Shown here: positions 23,941 to 36,687 of the stretch, piece after piece
Numbering within the stretch: position 1 is the first letter of the stretch
How the letters are laid out: every line of letters begins with the position of its first letter
Assembly (NCBI GenBank): GCA_022009915.1
Contig: CP091730.1
Span: 1,601,329 to 1,665,328 of the forward strand
Direction: 5' to 3'
Length of the DNA stretch: 64,000 nucleotides
Source of the DNA: Alistipes putredinis
GTDB lineage: Bacteria; Bacteroidota; Bacteroidia; Bacteroidales; Rikenellaceae
Position numbers and translations under genes: made by a program
The notes under the pieces: generated by a model
Seen by the model: only the letters and a program-made list of their open reading frames with translations
What the model was told of the DNA's origin: nothing
Databases searched by the model: none

Positions 23941-25175
23941 TTACTTTTTGCTTCCGATTGTCCACATCAGGCTGATTCCCGCCTGTGTGGGGCCCCAAAA
24001 GTCCTTGCTCTGCGACTTCGCTCTGTACACGCGCGTCCCGTCGATTATCCCGAAGCTGTCGTAATCGAATCGGTTATAGCCCAGACCGAGATTGAAGTCT
24101 ATGGACAGCGAGCGCGACAGAAGCAGCTGGTAGCCTACCGTTACTCCCGCGTTCCACACGTCGCCCTGATAACCCGTATACTTCGCAAGAAGCCTCCCTA
24201 CCGGATAGCCGTACACGTTGCATCCGCCTACATTGCCCGATACGCCTACGTAAAAACGCTTGTCTCTCAGCAGATACCAACGCACCTCGGGGTTTACCAC
24301 CCACATCTTCTGCACCTTGCCGTGTCCCTTGCTCCAAAAGGCATAGCTGCCGTCCACCTTAATGCCCACATTGCGGTCGATTCTCCACTCCACTCCCAAG
24401 GTCGGTACGGCGAAGGCGTCGTACAGCAGGTTCGTCCGCACGGCGAACATATAGGGGCGGTCTGTCTTCCGTATCGGATTCTCCGGAGCCGTCTTCGGTT
24501 CGGGTTCGGGTTCGGGTTCTTTTGCAGGCTCCGGCACCTGCTCGGTCTGTTTCTCTGCTTCCGCTTTTCTGCGGGCCTCCTGCTCCATTGCAAGGCGCTC
24601 CGCCTCGGCTCTCTCTCTGGCTATCCGTTCTTCCTCCGCCTTCTTCTCGGCTGCCATACGCTCGCGCTCCTGCTCGTCCGACGTTCCGCGGTTGTATGCC
24701 GCAACTCTTGCAGCAGCCTCCGCTCCGGCAAGTTCCGCAACCTTCTCCACGCTCGCAGGGAAGGTCACGACAACTACGTTGCGCTCTACGCCTTCATACG
24801 GTGCACCGATATGGCGGTCGGTAAGGAACATGGACTCCGTTACGCCGCCCCGCGTTATCAGCTCCGACTTCACTCGGCTGCATCGCAGATAGGCCATGCG
24901 TGCCGCTGTCCGGGCATCGCCCGATGTCGCTCCGTAGCTGCTGACGCTTATATAGCGCTCGCCGCCGCGCAGCGGCTCCATATTTGCCGAAAGGGCCGAC
25001 AGTAGGCTGTCGAGCTGGCTGCCGTTGCCGCTCCACGGCACGTAGAACATGTCGCTGCCTGCGACGAACCGGAACATGTAGGCCGTCTCGCTTTCTCTCC
25101 TGCGCCTGCACGGGCCGGGTCGCGGCGCACAGACACAAGAAGAACATGGTTAAGAAATGGACTTTTTTTGCTCAT
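23941..25175 (-). CDS. DUF3575-type outer-membrane beta-barrel protein with N-terminal OmpA-like module and charged helical linker; at least 2 frame breaks
   Basis: Signal MSKK...LCLCAATRPVQAQ is recovered across breaks. ORF 23941..25077 has an E/R/K/A-rich stretch plus EPEPEPEP, then a barrel (AVRTNLLYDAFAVPTLGVEW ... GISLMWTIG). It is the first gene of the pilus locus. Confidence 0.7.
24496..24519 (-). repeat. hexanucleotide tandem repeat (CGGTTC)(GGGTTC)x3 encoding (EP)4
   Basis: Read directly from the sequence. It is in-frame inside the DUF3575 gene linker. Confidence 0.8.
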
Positions 25176-25216
25176 ATATTCGCTATGTTTTATTATTAGT
25201 CTTACTTAAACATACG

Positions 25217-25224
25217 CAAATATA
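25217..25224 (-). promoter_or_regulatory. -7 box TATATTTG (minus strand) upstream of the pilus locus
   Basis: The reverse complement of CAAATATA matches TAnnTTTG, ~45 nt upstream of the ATG at 25175. Confidence 0.4.
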
Positions 25225-25277
25225 CGGAAATCGGGCGCTCTAAAAAGCTCCGAACGGGAACAGGATCTCTTTATTGT

Positions 25278-25349
25278 CGAACCAGCATGTTTTTTTGTCG
25301 TTCGGGCAATTCTTCCTTGCTGCCCGAGCATGTTTTCAGGCGTTCAGGC
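25278..25349. repeat. two imperfect ~27-bp direct repeats (CCAGCATGTTTT..GTCGTTCGGGCA / CGAGCATGTTTT..GGCGTTCAGGCA)
   Basis: Seen at 25278-25308 and 25322-25349. A looser third copy lies at 25631-25657 (CCAGC..CATGTTT..GCGGGC). All are in the 550-bp divergent intergenic region. Confidence 0.4.
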
Positions 25350-25691
25350 ATCTTTCGCCTCGTCGGTATTCGTGCCTTTTTGCAGGGGCCTGTTTCCATT
25401 TGGCGGGCGAGCAGCCTCTTTTTAAGTCTCGCGTCGCTCAATCTTTTTGGGATATATTAACAATGATACAGACACGTTATAGGTTTGAAAGAAATCATAA
25501 TGAAAGGCTGCGATAATGCCACCGTCTCTCTTTCTTTTACAGGCTTGCATCCGAAGCCAGTGCCTACAATGTTACGATTGTGAGGTAGAGCACGCTACTT
25601 TCGGCAGAGCGAACGATTTGTTTCAACCTCCCAGCTCCGGCATGTTTCGGAGCGGGCGCATTTTCTTTTTGCACAGGCGTAAAAATTAGGT

Positions 25692-25699
25692 TATATTTG
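25692..25699 (+). promoter_or_regulatory. -7 box TATATTTG upstream of the GIN-domain gene
   Basis: TAnnTTTG match 30 nt upstream of the ATG at 25729. Confidence 0.4.
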
Positions 25700-25728
25700 C
25701 ATTGCTGAATTTTTATTTGGAAGCGGTT

Positions 25729-26344
25729 ATGAAAAAGTATCATATCGTTTGCGATTGCGGCGGGCATCGCTTTGTTTGCGGTGGGATGCGCCGACAAGAC
25801 TCCTGCATCGAGTGTGACGTGCAGCGGCCGCGTGAAAACCGAAACACGTGCGGTGAATTTGAAGTACGGCGGAGTAAAGGCTACCGACGGCATCAAGGTC
25901 GTGATTTCGGACAGAGTGAAAAATATCGAGGTCAAATGCGACAAGCGCGTGCAGGATTACGTGAATCTGGCAGTCGAAAAGAACGTGCTGAATATCGAAT
26001 ACGGGCAAATCGACATAATAGGCGATCCGCAGACCGAGGTCACGGTTCCGGCATCGCCCGAGCTGTGCTACATATACGGTGTCTCGGGAGCGCACATATC
26101 CACCGAAACGCCCGTCTCGGCCGAAGAGGTTTCGATTCGCGGTACATCAGGCGCCGTGCTCGACATAAAAATCGACGCGCAGAAATGCCGTGTGGACATA
26201 AACAACGAAGCCGTGCTTACGCTCTCGGGCAAGGCCGGCCATTGCCATGTGGACGCCGCGACCGGCGCCGTTTTCAATGGAAAGGAATTGGATGTGCGTA
26301 ATTTCTCGTCCCGCACCGCAGGGCAGGCATTCATAAACAGATAA
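25729..26344 (+). CDS. head GIN domain (DUF2807) lipoprotein; frame break(s) in the signal region
   Basis: The start MKK.. at 25729 joins ORF 25772..26344 (FAVGCADK lipobox). There are repetitive beta-strand units (VSGAHISTE, IRGTSGAVLDI, LSGKAGHCHVDAATGAV). Confidence 0.55.
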
Positions 26345-26350
26345 CAGAGA

Positions 26351-26983
26351 ATGAACATTCCCGAAAAAACGGTCGAAAGGCTCAGCGAATACCGGCGCAC
26401 ACTGCTCAGTTGTCACGAGCAGGGTATCACGCACATATTCTCGCACGTGCTGGCCGGCATACACGGAATTACGGCCGTACAGGTCCGGCGTGATTTGATG
26501 CTTATCGGCTTTTCGAGCGATACGAAAAAGGGGTACGACGTCAAGGTGCTGGTGGATTTCATAAGCGAGATTCTCGACAGCAGGCATGCGATGAACATAG
26601 CCGTAATCGGCATGGGGCATCTGGGACATGCAATAACCAAATACTTCAACAGCAAGGGGCTGCAACTCAGAATTACGGCCAGTTTCGACATAGCCCAAGA
26701 CAAGGTAGGCAAGGATTTCGACGGGGTGCCGTGTTACGACATGTGCGATTTCGAGCAGATAGTCGAGGAAAAGGATATAAACATCGTCATTCTGGCTTGC
26801 CCCACCGGCGTGGCTTCCGAGCTGGTAGTGCCCATTATCAATGCCGGAATCAAGGGCGTGCTCAACTTCACCTCCAAACCTCTCAATTTCCCGCGCGGCA
26901 TAGTGGTGGAGAACTACGATATAACCACGCTGCTCGAAAAAGTGGCATATTTCGTCAAGGAAAACGAAGACAGCGGCGTATGA
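26351..26983 (+). CDS. rex: redox-sensing transcriptional repressor Rex
   Basis: Intact 210 aa. IPEKTVERLSEYRRTL ... VQVRRDL ... IAVIGMGHLGHAI Rossmann motif. Confidence 0.85.
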   Translation: MNIPEKTVERLSEYRRTLLSCHEQGITHIFSHVLAGIHGITAVQVRRDLMLIGFSSDTKKGYDVKVLVDFISEILDSRHAMNIAVIGMGHLGHAITKYFNSKGLQLRITASFDIAQDKVGKDFDGVPCYDMCDFEQIVEEKDINIVILACPTGVASELVVPIINAGIKGVLNFTSKPLNFPRGIVVENYDITTLLEKVAYFVKENEDSGV

Positions 26984-27734
26984 GGGTATTTTTACGGATT
27001 GGACGATTTGCCTCGGTTCGTCTCTCCTGTGGTGTCGGTCGGTTCGTTCGACGGTCTTCATCGCGGACACAGGTTTCTGCTCGACATTCTTAAAGAACAG
27101 GCCGCACGAATCGGCGGAGAGAGCACCGTGGTTACATTCGCCTCGCATCCGCGGCGCGTGCTCGACGTCGAGCAGGATCTGAAACTGCTGACGGTGAAGG
27201 AGGAGAAAATCATGCTGCTGTCCGAAATCGGAGTTGCGAACACCGTGATTCTGCCATTCGACAGACAGTTCAGCCGCATGTCTGCGCAAAGTTTCGTGGA
27301 GCGGATAATAATCGGAAAAATCGGCGCAGTTGCGATGGTGGTCGGTTACGACCATCGCTTCGGACACGACCGCACGGGAAACTTCGACTTTCTCGACAGG
27401 ATGCACCGGCGATTCGGGTTCGAAGTGTGCAAAGCGCCCGAGTTCGATTTCGACGGGCGCAAAGTCAGCCTCCACCGAAATCAGAAACGCCGTAAAGCGC
27501 GGGGACATGGACATGGCCGCAGATCTGCTCGGCTACCGTTACATGGTTCTGGCCCGCAAGACTTCCGACGGAAAGGCGAAACCTGTCTCGGAGCTCAAAC
27601 TGCTGCCGCCGCAGGGAATATACCGCGTGAAAATATCGGGGCGGGAGAGCGTTGCCGAGCTGTTAGGCGATACCATACGGCTGTCGCAGGATACTCTCAT
27701 GCCCAAAGCGGAAGACTTTACCGTGACATTTTGA
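26980..27734 (+). CDS. ribF: bifunctional riboflavin kinase / FAD synthetase, short form; 2 frame breaks
   Basis: The ATG overlaps the rex stop. VVSVGSFDGLHRGHRFLL ... VVGYDHRFGHDRTGNF, then the frame of ORF 27330..27734 (ISSTEIRNAVKRGDMDMAADLLGYRY). Confidence 0.8.
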
Positions 27735-27807
27735 GAGCGCGGAGTGCGTTTTTCGGGAAATAAATGCTATCTTTGCCGCAATATTCCCAAGTTCACATTA
27801 TTATATT

Positions 27808-29282
<1,475 letters not shown>

Positions 29283-29283
29283 T

Positions 29284-29695
29284 ATGATTACCAAAGACGT
29301 CAAGATACGCGTGCGGTACAACGAGACCGACAAAATGGGCATCGTGCATCATTCGAACTACATTTATTATTATGAAATGGCACGCGGCGAGCTCATGAGA
29401 AGTCTTGGTGTAACGTATCGCGAGATGGAAGAGCAGGGCGTATTGCTTATAGTTCGAGAGGTGCAGTCCGTGTATTATGCTTCGGCATATTACGATGATG
29501 TGCTGACGGTGAGGGTTTCGCTGAAAAAAAGAGCCGACCGTAAAATCGGAATTCGACTACGAGATTTTCAACGAACAGGGCACGCTGCTAAATACCGGCA
29601 AGGTCGTACTGGCGAGCGTCAATTCCGAAACGCACCGGCCGTGCAAAACCTCCGAAATGGTTCATCGAACTCTATCGCACGCACAGTCGTGATTA
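29284..29695 (+). CDS. acyl-CoA thioesterase, 4HBT/YbgC family; at least 1 frame break, stop position uncertain by a few nt
   Basis: VRYNETDKMGIVHHSNYIYYYEMARGELMRSLG ... LLIVREVQSVYYASAYYDD. The track fuses it with the next gene as one 349-aa ORF. Confidence 0.65.
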
Positions 29696-29721
29696 GCAGA
29701 GAAAGAAAATATGCAATACTA

Positions 29722-30333
29722 ATGACGGGCGGCTTCATATTATTGGCCGCCCTGTTTTTCGTTTTGCGGTTCGGCCATTTCGCAAGGTGGGCCTCGCCAT
29801 ACGCAATGCCGCTGCCCGTACTGTTTCTGGCCCTGTGCACGCTTGGCTATCATCGCGCTCCGGACTGGATTTTCGCTGCGCTTATGCTCTCTTCGCTCGG
29901 CGATACGGCCGGTTCGACGGGAAACTTCCTGTGGCAAATCGCATTTTTCGCATCCGCACACGTTTGCTATACAGTATATTTCGTGCGCGATTTCAGGTTT
30001 CGCAAACGAGCCATGCCTCTGTTCTTTGCTGAACTCGCAGCAGTAGCGGTGCTCTTTCACATCATCGTTCCCAAAACAGACGCCATGCAGCGTCCGTTCG
30101 TGATTCTGTATATCATCGTAATTACGGTTATGGCTGCGGCCGCCATATGCCGCGACGAACGGCGTTACGTGCCGTATGTAGTCGCCGCATTAGTTTTCAT
30201 GGCTTCGGATTCGGTTATCGCATGGAACCGGTTTGTGGAGCGCATCCCGAATGCGGCCGCATATATCATGTCCACATACTACGCGGCTCAGTTGGCATTT
30301 GCCGTTACGTCCCTCGGGAAACAAACCGAATAG
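29722..30333 (+). CDS. YhhN / lysoplasmalogenase-family membrane protein
   Basis: MTGGFILLAALFF... with about 7 hydrophobic helices. LSSLGDTAG and FMASDSVIAWNRF motifs are typical of YhhN. Confidence 0.6.
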   Translation: MTGGFILLAALFFVLRFGHFARWASPYAMPLPVLFLALCTLGYHRAPDWIFAALMLSSLGDTAGSTGNFLWQIAFFASAHVCYTVYFVRDFRFRKRAMPLFFAELAAVAVLFHIIVPKTDAMQRPFVILYIIVITVMAAAAICRDERRYVPYVVAALVFMASDSVIAWNRFVERIPNAAAYIMSTYYAAQLAFAVTSLGKQTE

Positions 30334-30445
30334 TCAATTTGTCAGAGTTTTTGCGGCTGCCGGTGCCAAATTGTCGCTTGACGGCAGCTGGCATATCTTT
30401 TGCCGCTTGCCTGCGACAAAAAAGCAATACTAATTGAATTACAAT

Positions 30446-32508
30446 ATGCAGAACGGAAAAATTGGGGTAACAACGGAAAACATCTTTCCGGTTATCAAAA
30501 AGTTTCTTTATTCCGATTACGAGATTTTTCTTCGTGAATTGGTTTCCAATGCAGTGGATGCAACCCAAAAACTTAAAACACTGGCTTCGAAAGGGGAGTT
30601 CAAGGGCGAGATGGGAGATACAACCATACGTGTATCGGTAGATCCGAAAGCAAAAACGCTTACGGTTTCCGATTACGGTATCGGCATGACGGCCGAGGAG
30701 GTCGATAAGTACATCAACCAGATAGCATTTTCGTCTGCCGGCGAGTTCATGGAAAAATACAAGGACCAGAACATAATCGGCCACTTCGGACTGGGTTTTT
30801 ACTCTGCGTTCATCGTGGCTTCGAAAGTGGAGCTGCGCACTCAATCGTATAAGGATGGCGCCCAAACAATTCTATGGACTTGCGACGGAACGCCGGAATA
30901 TACTCTGGAAACCCAAACGCAGGCACGCGGCCGAGGCACGGATGTCATTCTTCATCTGGCGGACGACAGCGTCGAGTTTTGCGAAGAGGGCAGGGTGACT
31001 GATTTGCTGAAAAAATATTGCCGTTTTCTGCCCGTGCCAATCGCCTTCGGCAAGGTCAAGGAGTGGAAAGACGGGAAGTACGTCGATACGGACAAAGACA
31101 ATATCATAAACGACACCGAACCTCTGTGGACACGCAAACCGAGCGAGATAACCGAACAGCAGTACAAGGATTTTTACAGGGAACTTTATCCGCTGGGCGA
31201 AGATCCGCTGTTCTCCATTCATCTGAACATCGACTATCCGTTCAATCTGACCGGTATCCTTTATTTCCCGAAGATAACCAACAGCTTCGAGTTGCAGAAA
31301 AACAAGATACAGCTGTACAGCAATCAGGTCTACGTAACCGATTCTGTGGAAGGTATCGTACCGGAATTCCTCACGCTGCTCCACGGAGTCATCGATTCTC
31401 CGGACATTCCGCTCAACGTCTCGCGCAGCTATCTGCAAAGCGATGCCAATGTGCGCAAGATTTCGGGCTATATCACCCGCAAGGTCGCCGAAAGATTGCA
31501 GGAGTTGTTCTCCACCATGCGGCAGGACTTCGAGAGCAAATGGGACGATTTGAAGATATTCATCCAGTACGGAATCATCACCGACGAGAAGTTCGCCGAG
31601 AAAGCGACCGATTTCATGCTGCTGAAAAACACGACCGGCAAGTACTTCACCCTAAAAGAGTACGAAGCTCTTATCAAGGAGCATCAGACCGACAAGAACG
31701 GCACGGTAGTCTATCTGTACACGGACAGCGTGGAGGGCAAACACAGTTTCATACAGGGTGCCATAGGCAAGGGCTACGACGTACTTCTGATGGACGGACA
31801 GCTCGACGGGCATTTCATCAACTGGTTCGAGCACAAGAACCAAGGGTCGCGCATGGTGCGTGTCGATTCGGACATCATAGAAAAAGGCTGATTCAGAAGG
31901 AGGGGCAACAGACCATGGCCCTCAGCAGCGAGAATCAGGACATATTGCGTCCTGTATTCGAAAGCCAGCCTGCCGGTGGACGAGAAAATACACTACAACA
32001 TAGAATTCGAGGCCATGGACGCTTCGGAAGCTCCGGTAGTCATCATTCAGAACGAATACATGCGTCGAATGAAAGAGATGGCCGCCATGGGCAGCGGCGG
32101 AATGTCGCAGTTCTACGGACAGATGCCCGACAACTTCACGATAGCCGTGAACGGCAACCACCCGCTCGTAATCGACATTCTGGGCGAAGCCGAAAAGAGC
32201 TACGGCGACAAACTGAAAACCGTAAACAAGAAAATCGGCGCTGCTCAAAGCGAGCTGAACAGTTACAGGGAAGTAGTCAAAAACAAGAAGGAGAGCGAAC
32301 TGACGGACGAGGAGAAGAAAACCGGCGAAGAGTTGGAAAACAAACTTTCGTCTCTGAAAGAGGAGCGTAGCGCCAAACTTCGCGAAATCGGTTCCAAGAA
32401 CGATTTGGTAAACAGCTCATAGACCTCGCACTGCTGTCGAACGGAATGTTGAAGGGCGAGAGCCTTACAAGTTTCATCCGCCGCAGCGTGGAGCTCATAG
32501 GCAAGTGA
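30446..32508 (+). CDS. htpG: molecular chaperone HtpG (Hsp90); 2-3 frame breaks in the last third
   Basis: FLRELVSNAVDA ... IGHFGLGFYSAF ... PLNVSRSYLQ. ORF 31976..32422 and a final piece to 32508 (LIDLALLSNGMLKGESLTSFIRRSVELIGK*) complete it. Confidence 0.9.
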
Positions 32509-32532
32509 TGCGAACGAAAGCACATTGCGAAT

Positions 32533-32573
32533 AAAAAAATCCCGGACCTTGATTAAGGCCCGGGATTTTTTTA
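32533..32573. terminator. bidirectional rho-independent terminator
   Basis: AAAAAAATCCCGG.CC / GGCCCGGGATTTTTTT. Confidence 0.75.
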
Positions 32574-32589
32574 TTATTCTCGTAATAGA

Positions 32590-35114
32590 TCACGGATTGA
32601 TCCATTTTCCGAGTTTGGAGAGTGCGTCGAAGTCGATATCCGGAGCCGATTTGCCGGATGCAGGACGCGAGAATCTCGTACCCGAAGTGATTTTCTGGTC
32701 GAAGTAACCGATATTCTGCAAATAGAAGTGTCCGTCGCGAACGCCTCCGTAGAAGTCGGTTCTGAGGCCCTGCGAGCCGCAGCCGTCTGCCGTTACTCTG
32801 GCGCTGAGCACTTCGTGCCATACTCCGTCGGTCGTTCTCATCCACTGGTTGGGGAAATCAACCGAACGAGTAACGAATCCGTTGTGCGGGCCGAAATTCT
32901 CGGAGAACGAATACGAGCCGGTGTAATACGAAACTATACCCGGACGACGAATTTCGGCGATAAAGCTCCCCAACCGAGCTCTTCACTCCAAAAATAGCCG
33001 GTGTAGAGAGTGTTGCCGGTCCGCTGTCCGTCCTTAACCTCGGGACGAACGTGGACAAGCGTCGCATAGGTCTTGCCTGCATCCCAATCGTAATACCTCC
33101 AAGTCTGAATACCCGAACCCTCGTGTCCGAACGAGTTGGGCTTGGAATTTTCACCGTGGCGAACCACTTCCGAATATTTGATATTCTTCGGGTCGTTTTC
33201 GTTGTTCCAAACCGAGAAGAGTACGTTTCTGTTCTTGCCTTTCTCATTGGGCTGGATACCCATGTAGAAACCGCTGCCGCCGGTGGTCATAAAGTAAGCA
33301 GCAGGCACGTCCTGACCTACCGGAACGTTGATTTCGTTGTAGAAATACTCAGTATTGCCGCTCGGCTGTATCCATCCGAGGTGGCACGAAGGTCCGCGTC
33401 TGATCCAATGCGCGTCGGATGCCTGAATCTGCTTGGTGGTCACGTAGGTGAGATCCGCAGTCTTGTCGGGAGAATACTTTATGGCCGCGCCGCCGAGGTA
33501 CATGTCGGACAGGAACGGATAGTAAGTGGTATTGGTGTATATACCTCTGATATTGACTCTGACATATCCGGGCTTGTCCACTTTGAATTTGCCTACCGGC
33601 CAAGAAGTGAGAGTGCGTCCCGTAACCTGTACGTCGTAAGAAACATCGCCGATGCTTACGGCAACCCGAGCCGTGTCGGTATCTCTGTTCATGCGGGCTA
33701 CAAGACCCAAATTGAGGTCTCCCGTGATTTCGGTACGGAAGTAGAAGGAAATCTGTATGTTCTGGCTGTCGTATGTCTTACGCCAAGAGGTCGCGCTCTT
33801 CATGGCGCCGTAGGTGCCGTCATTTACAGAACCGCCTCCGAATATGGCGCTGGCGCATGCAGGAGCTGCTACGGCCGTCGGGTCGAGCGGTGTTACGTAA
33901 CTGTTGCAGGCGAAAGGAATCTGATGCTGCAAACCGTCCCGCTGCGATATTTCTACCGAATCGATTACGCTGCCGTCTTTGGCAAGTTTTATATATACCT
34001 TACCGCTTCTGGGCGTGTCGGTGATGTTGTCTCCGATTTTGAAAACGTCTTTTTCGACATTCTCAATCCAATCTACATCGCTCTGGTAAGCGAGTTCCAA
34101 CTCGGGGGTTATGCTTATGCCGAAACTCTGTTCGGTACCGTATTCTTTGTCCAGAACGGGAACCGATGCTATCGTCAGGGCGTAGCTGGGCTGTTTGAGA
34201 CTGAGTTTGTAGGTCTGCGTCTCGCCGTTGGTGTTGCAGACGATTTCAAGGAGCGCTTCTCTGGCTTGACGCGTGAGGTTCTTGGACGAAGTCACGGTAA
34301 ACTGGCCGTCGCCGACTCTGGAATAGACGTTCTTGCAGGTAAGGAACTGCTCTCCGCCAGTCGGGTAGGATACATTGACATCCCATACCGAACTTTTCGA
34401 CGGAGTGGTCACGTTGAACGTGTAGGTCTGTTCGAAAAGCTCTGCTTCGATATCGCCTTCCTCTCCGGCAGGGATTTCGAAATCGGGGCTCGATACCGAG
34501 AAGACCGGTTCGGGTTTGCCGTCGCCTTTGCTCTGCGTGACAGTAACGATTACCGTATTTCCGGATTCGGACTTGACCTCGATATTGGCCTTTCTCTCTT
34601 CGGTCGCCTGATTATACAGTATCGACACGTTCAGCTGATTGCCGTCTTTTTCGACAGTGCACCATTCGGCATCGCTTTCGGCAGTCCACGAGCCTTTGCA
34701 ATCGACGGTCAGAGTTCTCTTAGTCGCTTTCTCAGATACTTTTATCGTAGACGGGGTTACTGAGATGTCCAGCCCCTGCTGACTTACAGGAATCGATACC
34801 TGCTTGTTCTTGACAGCCACGACGACGGAACCCTCGCGGGCCGACATCGAATTGTTGGCCTGTATCTTCACCGTGGAAGTGCCGTTTCCGGCGCCTATCG
34901 GCGAGGAGAGCTCTATCCAGTCATACTGGGTGGAGACGATCCACGATTCGTCGGTCTGAATAGTAATCGTTTTTGTCTCTGCGGCCGGAGAACATTCGAT
35001 TGTCTCCGGAGTCACTGTCAGCTTGGCTTCGTTCACGTCCCCGTCCTTGTCATCGCAGGACAGAGAGAAACAGGCAAGCAACAGAGCGAAAATCAATTTC
35101 GTAGAGTGTTTCAT
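32590..35114 (-). CDS. lipoprotein with N-terminal BACON-like Ig repeats and C-terminal DUF5077/DUF3472-like domain; 1 frame break near 32960
   Basis: Lipobox FSLSCDD. There are repeated ~75-aa units (ESWIVSTQYDWIELS, GSWTAESDAEWCTVE, VDWIENVE). The C-terminus has AAYFMTTGGSGFYMGIQPNEKG..NVLFSVWN and joins ORF 32590..32973. Confidence 0.65.
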
Positions 35115-35258
35115 AAGCTTTGTGCATTGGTGTGTGAATAGTTAATTATATCAGTACAAAAATTATCATATTAAACGGAATTTGCAAAATAAACGGCGCT
35201 GCGGAGAATTATTTGTGCCGTTTGGCGGCAAATATTTGTCTTTTTATGTCCCGTTTAG

Positions 35259-35266
35259 TAGTTTTG
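35259..35266 (+). promoter_or_regulatory. -7 box TAGTTTTG upstream of the CoA-transferase gene
   Basis: TAnnTTTG match ~50 nt upstream of the ATG at 35314. Confidence 0.35.
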
Positions 35267-35313
35267 TGGAGTTTTAACCGAAATCAATTCTGCTAACATT
35301 TATTCGGAAAAGT

Positions 35314-36628
35314 ATGGCAAATATCAAATTTACTACCCCTGATGAGGCGGTAAAGGTTATCAAAAGCGGCGACCATGTGCATTTGAGCAGCGTCGCGAGT
35401 GCGCCTCAATGCCTGATTCAGGCGATGTGCAAACGAGGAGCGAACAAAGAACTGGAAAATGTGCACGTACACCATCTGCACACGGAAGGCCCCGCACCGT
35501 ATGCGGCTCCCGAATTCGAGGGCGTATTCCAGTTGGATTCGTTCTTCGTCGGCAGCAATGTACGCAAGGTGACACAGAGCGGCTACGCCGACTATATTCC
35601 CATTTTCCTCAGCGAAACCCAGCGCCTGTACCGCGACAACGTACTGCCGTGCGACGTGGCGATGATTCAAGTGTCCACTCCGGACGAACACGGATTCGTG
35701 TCTCTCGGAACATCGGTGGATGCGACGCGTGCAGCCGTGGAAAAGGCGAAGACCGTCATCGCGGTCATAAACAAATACGTTCCGCGCTCGTTCGGAGATG
35801 CCATCATCCCGCTTTCGGACATAGATATTTTCGTCGAGGACGACAGACCTCTCATCGAGGCTCCGTTCGCCGAGCCTAACGAAACGGAACTGGCCATAGG
35901 CAAGCACTGCGCCGAGCTTATCGAGGACGGCGCCTGCCTGCAAATGGGTATAGGAGCCATTCCCAATGCGGTTCTGGCACAGCTCGGCAACCACAAGGAT
36001 CTTGGTATCCACACCGAAATGTTCGCCGACGGCGTGCTTCCGCTGGTGGAGAAGGGCGTCATAAACGGACGCAACAAGGGGAGTGGACAAAGGCATGATG
36101 GTGTCCACGTTCCTCATGGGTACGCAAAAGGTTTACAACTTCATCGACAACAACCCGATGGTCAGAATGATGGACGTGGGCTACACCAACGACCCGTTCA
36201 TCATCGCGCAAAACCCCAAGACCACGGCCATAAACTCCGCCATTCAGATTGACCTCACCGGACAGGTGAATGCCGATTCGATAGGCACCAGATTCTGGTC
36301 GGGTGTCGGCGGTCAGGTCGATTTCATCTACGGAGCCTCGCGCAGCAAGGGCGGAAAAGCTATCGTCGCCATGCCGTCGGTGACCAACAAGGGAGTCAGC
36401 AAAATCGCACCGGTTCTAAATGAAGGCGCCGGCGTCGTGACTACGCGTGCACACATGCACTGGTTCGTAACCGAATACGGTGCGGTCGATTTGTACGGAA
36501 AGAGTTTGCAGGAACGTGCCCGTCTGCTAATCAGCGTCGCACATCCCGACCACCGCGAGTCTTTGGACAAGGCAGCTTTCGAGCGCTTCGGAAGCCATCA
36601 TACCTATATTAAAATGATTTGCCAATAA
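35314..36628 (+). CDS. acetyl-CoA hydrolase/transferase family protein (4-hydroxybutyrate / butyryl-CoA:acetate CoA-transferase-like); 1 frame break near 36080
   Basis: ORFs 35314..36252 and 36083..36628 join. LQMGIGAIPNAV, GIHTEMF, GGQVDFIYGA and VTTRAHMHWFVTEYG. Confidence 0.85.
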
Positions 36629-36642
36629 GGGATAGGGTATTG

Positions 36643-36685
36643 AAAACAAAAAAGCCGGTTTTGAAAAACCGGCTTTTTGTTTGTT
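36643..36685. terminator. bidirectional rho-independent terminator
   Basis: AAAACAAAAAAGCCGGTTT / AAACCGGCTTTTTGTTTGTTT. Confidence 0.75.
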
Positions 36686-36687
36686 TC

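Noticed and set aside
25176-25728. Invertible (phase-variable) promoter for the pilus locus
   Set aside because: No flanking long inverted repeats and no nearby site-specific recombinase gene were found. Only the direct repeats reported above are present.
26147-27514. 455-aa minus-strand ORF
   Set aside because: It is antisense to the well-supported rex and ribF genes. The composition is typical of a shadow ORF (H/R/V-rich) and no motifs were found.
29284-30333. 349-aa ORF fusing a thioesterase to a YhhN membrane protein
   Set aside because: The thioesterase frame is broken near 29525 and ends near 29692-29695 in a shifted frame. YhhN starts at its own ATG at 29722. The apparent fusion is a read-through of out-of-frame sequence.
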